NCBI GenBank assembly: GCA_965208835.1
Contig: OZ242358.1
Coordinates: 2,816,001-2,880,000, forward strand
Reading direction: 5' to 3'
Source of the DNA: Candidatus Latescibacterota bacterium
Lineage (GTDB): Bacteria > Latescibacterota > UBA2968 > GCA-2709665
DNA: 64,000 nt
The notes under the pieces were generated by a model. That model was not told the DNA's origin. It was given only the letters and a program-made list of their open reading frames with translations, and searched no databases. This document shows positions 58,837-64,000 of this stretch, piece after piece. The stretch's first letter is position 1, and each line of letters begins with the position of its first letter. Both the position numbers and the translations under genes were made by a program.

Positions 58837-58983
58837 GGTCGCCTCCTTGTTAAAGTACGACGGCGTACCCGCCGCACGTAAACTTGCCGGTTTCCGCGTT
58901 TGTGGTTAACTCGCGGCCGTCCATTGATCGGGCAGAGGGCCAGGCCGCATTCTACCGTACGTAAGGAAACAGGTTGCGCCGGA

Positions 58984-60240
58984 CTACAAATAGAGCCCGA
59001 TCATACAACCGGTAAGCATGGTCGCCAGGGTTCCGCCAATCAGAGACCGAAGCCCCAGTCGCGCGAGGTCGCCGCGCCTGTCCGGGGCGATCCCCCCTAT
59101 GCCGCCGATCATAATGGCCACGGATCCGAAGTTGGCAAACCCGCAAAGGGCGTACGCCGTGATCACGAATGCCCTCTGATTGAGCGGCTCAGCCCCTTTC
59201 ATAACCCGAGCGAGGTCCAGATAGGCCACGAACTCGTTCAGTATGGTCTTCATCCCCATGAGTTCGCCAACGGTCCGGGCTTCGGACCACGAAATCCCCA
59301 TCATCCAGACGAACGGACGGAATATTTCGCCGGCGGCGGCCTGGAGGCTCCAGCCGCCGGGACTCGCGTTGACCATGACGTCAATCTTGCCGATGACGAG
59401 GTTGGCCAGAGCGACAAGGCCGATGAAGGCGACAAGCATCGCGAGGATGTTGATGACCAGGTGCATGCCCTCGGCGGCGCCGCGGGCCGCGGCGTCGAGT
59501 CCGTTCAGGGTGTCGTCTCGGGGAAGTTCCAACTGGCTGCGGGATGTGACGGGAGTGCCGGTCTCCGGGATCATCAGTTTGGAAACGGCAATCGCCGCGG
59601 GCGCGCTGATAAGCGATGCCGTGAACAGATGGCCGGCGATGTCCGGATTGACGGCGCCAAGCATCGTCGCGTAGATCACCATGACCGTACCGGCGATCGT
59701 CGCCAGACCCACGGTCATCAGACAGAACAGCTCGCTCTCTGTCATTCGGCTCACGTACGGCCGTACCAGCAGCGGGGACTCCGTCATCCCAAGAAAGACA
59801 TTTCCGGCGGATCCGACGCTTTCTGCCGAACTGAGCCCGAGAGACTTCTGCATGGCCGCGCTCAGTCTGCTGATCACCCAGGGCAGGATCCTGTAGTGGT
59901 AAAGCATCCTTGAAACCGCTGCCACGAAGATCAGGATTGCCGCAATTTCCAGTGCGACGACGGGGCCGAATCTGCTTGTGAATTCGGGATTCGACAATCC
60001 CGAGAAGAGTAGCGACTCGTTCGCCGCCAGTGCGGTCGTTCGAAGCGTGTCGGTAAGGGCGCCGACGACGCGGAAGACGTAGTGTCGCATCCCTGTCCCG
60101 ACGAGGATGCCGGTCAGGACCAACTGCAGGCCGCTGGCAACCACAACGGTCTTCCATGGGACTCGCCTCGTGCGCCGGCCCAGGCACCAGGCAACCGCCA
60201 GAAGAACGACATATCCGATGGCGCTGTGAAGCACCGTCAA
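58984..60240 (-). CDS. nupC: Concentrative nucleoside transporter (NupC/CNT family)
   Basis: GNVFLGMTESP, MTESEL, ATIAG, ILNEFVAY, YALCGFANFGS. Confidence 0.9.
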   Translation of the reverse strand: MTVLHSAIGYVVLLAVAWCLGRRTRRVPWKTVVVASGLQLVLTGILVGTGMRHYVFRVVGALTDTLRTTALAANESLLFSGLSNPEFTSRFGPVVALEIAAILIFVAAVSRMLYHYRILPWVISRLSAAMQKSLGLSSAESVGSAGNVFLGMTESPLLVRPYVSRMTESELFCLMTVGLATIAGTVMVIYATMLGAVNPDIAGHLFTASLISAPAAIAVSKLMIPETGTPVTSRSQLELPRDDTLNGLDAAARGAAEGMHLVINILAMLVAFIGLVALANLVIGKIDVMVNASPGGWSLQAAAGEIFRPFVWMMGISWSEARTVGELMGMKTILNEFVAYLDLARVMKGAEPLNQRAFVITAYALCGFANFGSVAIMIGGIGGIAPDRRGDLARLGLRSLIGGTLATMLTGCMIGLYL

Positions 60241-60329
60241 GTCCGTACTCCTCTTCGTGGAACGCGGGTTCGGCGGGGGACAATCTCAATGAAGGCGCGG
60301 CATGTACACCACCTTCGAAACCGGCGCCA

Positions 60330-60358
60330 ATTATAGCCGAAAACGCACAAATCGTCAA
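60330..60358 (-). promoter_or_regulatory. Near-consensus sigma70 promoter for the nucleoside transporter
   Basis: TTGACG-17 nt-TATAAT on the minus strand. Confidence 0.7.
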
Positions 60359-60399
60359 GCGGTTTCCCGCCTGAAGGTCCTTCTTTGGCCCGGTACCTC

Positions 60400-60428
60400 T
60401 TGACAAGATAGAACGAAAACCCTATTGT
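60400..60428 (+). promoter_or_regulatory. Sigma70-type promoter for gmd
   Basis: TTGACA-17 nt-TATTGT. Confidence 0.65.
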
Positions 60429-60573
60429 TGAAACTGCCGTCGTCGTACGGTCCTTTCGCCGCAACTACATTTACCGGCGCCATTTGCGCCGATTCCGGGC
60501 AACTCTGGTATGGTTGGAAAGAGTGACGTTAATTCCCTGAACGAAGCGCATTACCGAACCCTGATGCCACCAG

Positions 60574-61653
60574 GTGCGCATGCGGTCTAACGCCTCCGAA
60601 AAAACTGCTCTGATCACGGGGATCACCGGCCAGGACGGGTCCTATCTCGCGGAGTATCTGATAGGAAAAGGCTACGTGGTGCACGGAATCATCCGCAGGG
60701 CGTCCCTGTTCAACACCGATCGGATCGACCACCTGTTCGCCGGCCCCCAGGATCCCGACCGGCGGATGATTCTGCACTACGGCGATCTCACGGATACGGC
60801 GAATCTGATTCGAATCGTACAGGAAGTGAGACCGGACGAGATCTACAACCTGGGCGCGCAGAGCCACGTCGCGGTGTCCTTCGAGACCCCCGAATACACG
60901 GCGAAAGTGGCCGCGTTGGGGGCGCTGCATCTGCTCGAAGCCATCCGCATCTGCGGCCTCGCGGATCGAACCCGCTTCTATCAGGCTTCCAGTTCGGAAA
61001 TGTTCGGCAAGGCAACCGAGACTCCCCAGAGGGAGTCCACGCGGTTCTATCCCCGCTCGCCATACGCCGCGGCCAAGGTATACGCCTACTGGATCACGGT
61101 GAATTATCGCGAAGCCTATGGTATTTTCGCCTGCAACGGTATCCTGTTCAACCACGAGTCCCCCGTCCGCGGCGAGACGTTTGTAACCCGGAAGATTACC
61201 CGGCGGCTGGCGCGCGTGACGGTCGGATTGGAAGAATGCGTGTACCTCGGCAATCTCGACGCGATGAGAGATTGGGGCCACGCCCGCGACTACGTACGCG
61301 CCCAGTGGCTGATGTTGCAGCAGAACGCGCCTGACGATTTCGTCATTGCGTCGGGACAGCAGCATTCGGTTCGAGCATTCGTAAACCTGACGGCCGCATT
61401 TCTGGGTCTGGAGCTGGAGTGGCGCGGGAAGGGCGCCGACGAAATTGCGATCAATACGGCAACCGGAAGCGCGGTCGTGCGCATTGACCCGCGGTACTTC
61501 CGGCCGACCGAAGCACATTCGCTCCTGGGAGATGCGTCCAAAGCGCGCGCGACACTCGGCTGGCGTCCTGAAATCAGTTTCAATGACCTGGTCCGGGAAA
61601 TGGTAGAGGCCGACCGGCGTCTGGCCGAGCGGGAGGCGTCTGCGCGGCATTGA
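60574..61653 (+). CDS. gmd: GDP-mannose 4,6-dehydratase
   Basis: [63 protein letters not shown]. Confidence 0.97.
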   Translation: MRMRSNASEKTALITGITGQDGSYLAEYLIGKGYVVHGIIRRASLFNTDRIDHLFAGPQDPDRRMILHYGDLTDTANLIRIVQEVRPDEIYNLGAQSHVAVSFETPEYTAKVAALGALHLLEAIRICGLADRTRFYQASSSEMFGKATETPQRESTRFYPRSPYAAAKVYAYWITVNYREAYGIFACNGILFNHESPVRGETFVTRKITRRLARVTVGLEECVYLGNLDAMRDWGHARDYVRAQWLMLQQNAPDDFVIASGQQHSVRAFVNLTAAFLGLELEWRGKGADEIAINTATGSAVVRIDPRYFRPTEAHSLLGDASKARATLGWRPEISFNDLVREMVEADRRLAEREASARH

Positions 61654-61763
61654 ACATCGATCGACCACAGACCGCACGGCCTGCAAAGACGACGTTTCCC
61701 CCACCGGGGACACGCGGATCAATACGCAGAAACGAACGCCAATAAAGGGAGTTCGTCAGAACT

Positions 61764-63047
61764 ATGGGCGACAGAACGCTTTTTGACGCGTCATACGAAA
61801 AACGCAGGAACCCGTTGCTGAAGAAGGTGCTGGATCGGCTGTACCCAATTTACTCGTCTGAAGAACGCGAGGTCATCCGCATTGATTCAATCAGCAGGGT
61901 GCTGCTCTCGGTGCCCTCGGGACGGGGCTTTGTCAACCGCGACATCCTCGAGACCGTACTGGGCAATCTGCTCGAATGCGTGGCCCCTGGCTCCCATAAC
62001 GTCCAGGCAGCCGGTCCGTCGGACAGCCTCGAGGATGCGATCGGAGAGATCGCCGACCAGATCTATGCGATGATCGCACAGTCATTCCTGGCAGCGGAAG
62101 GTAACGGAAGGGATATCGAAAGCCCGGCCCTGGATGCCACTTTCTCGCTCCTGGCCGATCTGCCGCATCTCAAGAGCCGCGCACTGTGGAACCGGTTCGC
62201 TTCGTTAAAGGATCCGGCGGTTTGGGATGCCTATATCTTAGCCAGAAACCAGACCCAGATGGGCAGGCTGGCGGACCTGGACCACGGTCACGTGCTGAAC
62301 AGCGCGATCGATGCCCGCGATTTCAAACCATATCGGGATTTTCTGAAGACCCAGAGTCTGGACTCTGCATTCGATTATCTCATGCAACTGGTCATCAGCA
62401 CCTATCCCGGCTGGCGCGTGCTCTTCTATCATGACGTCGCCCACGCCCTCACCAGATCCGGCACGGCGGATGGTCTGTCGGATGTGGAACGGATACCGGT
62501 CCCGCTTCTGCCGCGGGCCATATCGGAACTTGGAGGCCGGTATTACCAGGCAGACCTTCATCCCGAAACCGTGATCGGCGACGCCAACTTCCTGGATCAT
62601 CCGCACCGGGGCCTGACAACCGGCCAGACCGGCGTAATCGGCTCGGGCTGTTACATCTATCCCTGCACGATGGGTGGCCTCAGCGGCAGAGTCAGGCATC
62701 GGCATCCCGAGATCGGAGATCACGTCCAGATCGGAACCGACGCCACCCTGCTGGGACCCGTAAGAATCGGCGACCATTCGACCGTCGGCCCGAATACCCA
62801 GGTATACGGCTATGTTCAGACCGACACGGAATGCCGAATCGCGTCGTCGGTCGTGGTCGGCACCGTCTTGAGCGGAGACAGAAGGCCGGGCAAGATCCGT
62901 CTGGGCAAGGGAGTCCGGGTGGGAGACGGGACCGTGATCGAAAACAGTACCGAACTCGACCTGATCATACCCGACAAGGCGGAAATACCCGCCCGAAGCC
63001 ATGTCATAAATGACGGCTTCGGCAATCCGCGTTTCGTAAGGGAATAA
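61764..63047 (+). CDS. Divergent serine acetyltransferase (CysE)-like hexapeptide-repeat acyltransferase
   Basis: KDPA, TYPG...YH.VAHAL, DLHP..VIG...FLDH, MGG, RHP.IGD.V.IG..A.LLGPV.IGD, plus extra hexapeptide turns. Confidence 0.75.
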   Translation: MGDRTLFDASYEKRRNPLLKKVLDRLYPIYSSEEREVIRIDSISRVLLSVPSGRGFVNRDILETVLGNLLECVAPGSHNVQAAGPSDSLEDAIGEIADQIYAMIAQSFLAAEGNGRDIESPALDATFSLLADLPHLKSRALWNRFASLKDPAVWDAYILARNQTQMGRLADLDHGHVLNSAIDARDFKPYRDFLKTQSLDSAFDYLMQLVISTYPGWRVLFYHDVAHALTRSGTADGLSDVERIPVPLLPRAISELGGRYYQADLHPETVIGDANFLDHPHRGLTTGQTGVIGSGCYIYPCTMGGLSGRVRHRHPEIGDHVQIGTDATLLGPVRIGDHSTVGPNTQVYGYVQTDTECRIASSVVVGTVLSGDRRPGKIRLGKGVRVGDGTVIENSTELDLIIPDKAEIPARSHVINDGFGNPRFVRE

Positions 63048-63053
63048 AAGAAC

Positions 63054-63082
63054 AGCGGAGCGTTGATTGCAGACGCTCCGCT
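63054..63082. terminator. Hairpin between convergent genes
   Basis: AGCGGAGCGT-9 nt-ACGCTCCGCT. Confidence 0.5.
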
Positions 63083-63112
63083 TCGCAGGGTTCGACCCCG
63101 GTTTCCGGCAAT

Positions 63113-63940
63113 CTACCTGCGGGAGGGAACTCCAGGCGCTTCCCGGTGGAATTGGATATCGGCATACCACGTCGACGCCCGGCTGTTCGTGTTGTCTGTG
63201 TCCGTCATCAAATAGACCCGCAGTATCTTGCCGGGTTCCTCCCCTGGGTATCCCCGTTTGTAGTCTTCATACAGATTCCTCCTCTCCCCAACCCATTGCT
63301 TCATACGGGCTCGCCCGCTCTCCACGACAATCCGCCGCCACGACAGCTTCCAGACAAACGGGATTATTGTGGTCTCGGACTTGAACATAAGTGACTCCGG
63401 CAGCGTGTTGGACCAGACGTATGCAATCTCACGTATCTTGTTCGTTCCCTTCTCGAGGATCGCTACTCCCAGCTTCGCGTTAAAGTCATCGTCCTTCTTG
63501 TTCAACCTGCCGCCCCTGTCCATGCGCTGCCGTCCGATCGTCGAATAATCCACCTTCCAGCGCCAGGTCAGATACGGGTTCTCGGACACGTCGATCAGCG
63601 TGTCGAACCCGCGCTTTCTGACGATCTTTTCTAACTGCCTGGGAGGCCGCTTGCACTGGGCGATCCACGGATGGTGTTCCGGATCCAGCGCCATGGGTTG
63701 TCCTGATCGTGTCGGTATCTGCCAGAGCAGCGCGGCGGACCCTTCGCTGACGAATCGGACCGCATTGTTCGCGTACTGGAATTTCGTTCTTGTATTGCAT
63801 TCGGCCCAGTCCCTCTGCAACCACGTACCCATATCTATGCGGAGGCCGTCGCCTCCCGCACCTGGGTATGCGAGGGCGATGCCGGCAATACAGGCGAGCC
63901 CCAGGCAGGCAATACAACATATCCGCCAGACGTACACCAT
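63113..63940 (-). CDS. DUF3047-domain secreted protein
   Basis: Signal peptide; WRWKV, DDF.A, YVWS, VVESG, W..ERRNL..DY, LMTDTDNT, WYADI. Confidence 0.8.
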   Translation of the reverse strand: MVYVWRICCIACLGLACIAGIALAYPGAGGDGLRIDMGTWLQRDWAECNTRTKFQYANNAVRFVSEGSAALLWQIPTRSGQPMALDPEHHPWIAQCKRPPRQLEKIVRKRGFDTLIDVSENPYLTWRWKVDYSTIGRQRMDRGGRLNKKDDDFNAKLGVAILEKGTNKIREIAYVWSNTLPESLMFKSETTIIPFVWKLSWRRIVVESGRARMKQWVGERRNLYEDYKRGYPGEEPGKILRVYLMTDTDNTNSRASTWYADIQFHREAPGVPSRR

Positions 63941-64000
63941 GCTTATACGATCCCACCCTCTGAATTATCGCGACACGATGTCTTCGTATACGGCAAGCGT

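Noticed and set aside
60529-61722. 397-aa minus-strand ORF
   Set aside because: Antisense shadow of the highly conserved gmd
1-64000. CRISPR arrays, rRNA/tRNA genes, prophage, transposases, anti-phage defence genes
   Set aside because: No regularly spaced repeats or diagnostic motifs were seen; nearly all sequence is accounted for by the listed genes

Overview
A bacterial chromosomal window of roughly 60% GC (estimated by eye) with about 50 protein-coding genes. I found no rRNA, tRNA, CRISPR array, prophage or transposase. A secreted protein ending in the 'NPFNPST...WDGKD...SGIYLYRL' tail suggests an FCB-group organism such as Latescibacterota (inference). Housekeeping content: purN-mreB-mreC, galU, pcm, a tetrapyrrole operon (ccsA-like, sirC-like, hemA, hemC, cobA/hemD), anmK, ggt, a short MetE-like synthase, argE-like, a tandem-fused double UvrA, a nupC-type transporter and gmd. 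These are mixed with sugar/catabolic enzymes. Items absent from the ORF track: a purC remnant collapsed at a repeated VRD motif, a 58-aa two-helix membrane ORF, a MITE-like inverted-repeat element, a cupin remnant and a partial second CE7 esterase. Best candidates for undescribed systems: (i) two ABC exporters with an N-terminal domain and zinc ribbon plus DUF1854, without a cyanophycin synthetase in the window; (ii) phnA coupled to a sugar epimerase and dehydrogenase instead of phnWY; (iii) a putative envelope protein-repair operon (GILT/thioredoxin-like protein plus lipoprotein Pcm); (iv) a TMEM260-like DUF2723 glycosyltransferase coupled to a GT2. All functional calls come from motif recognition without database searches.
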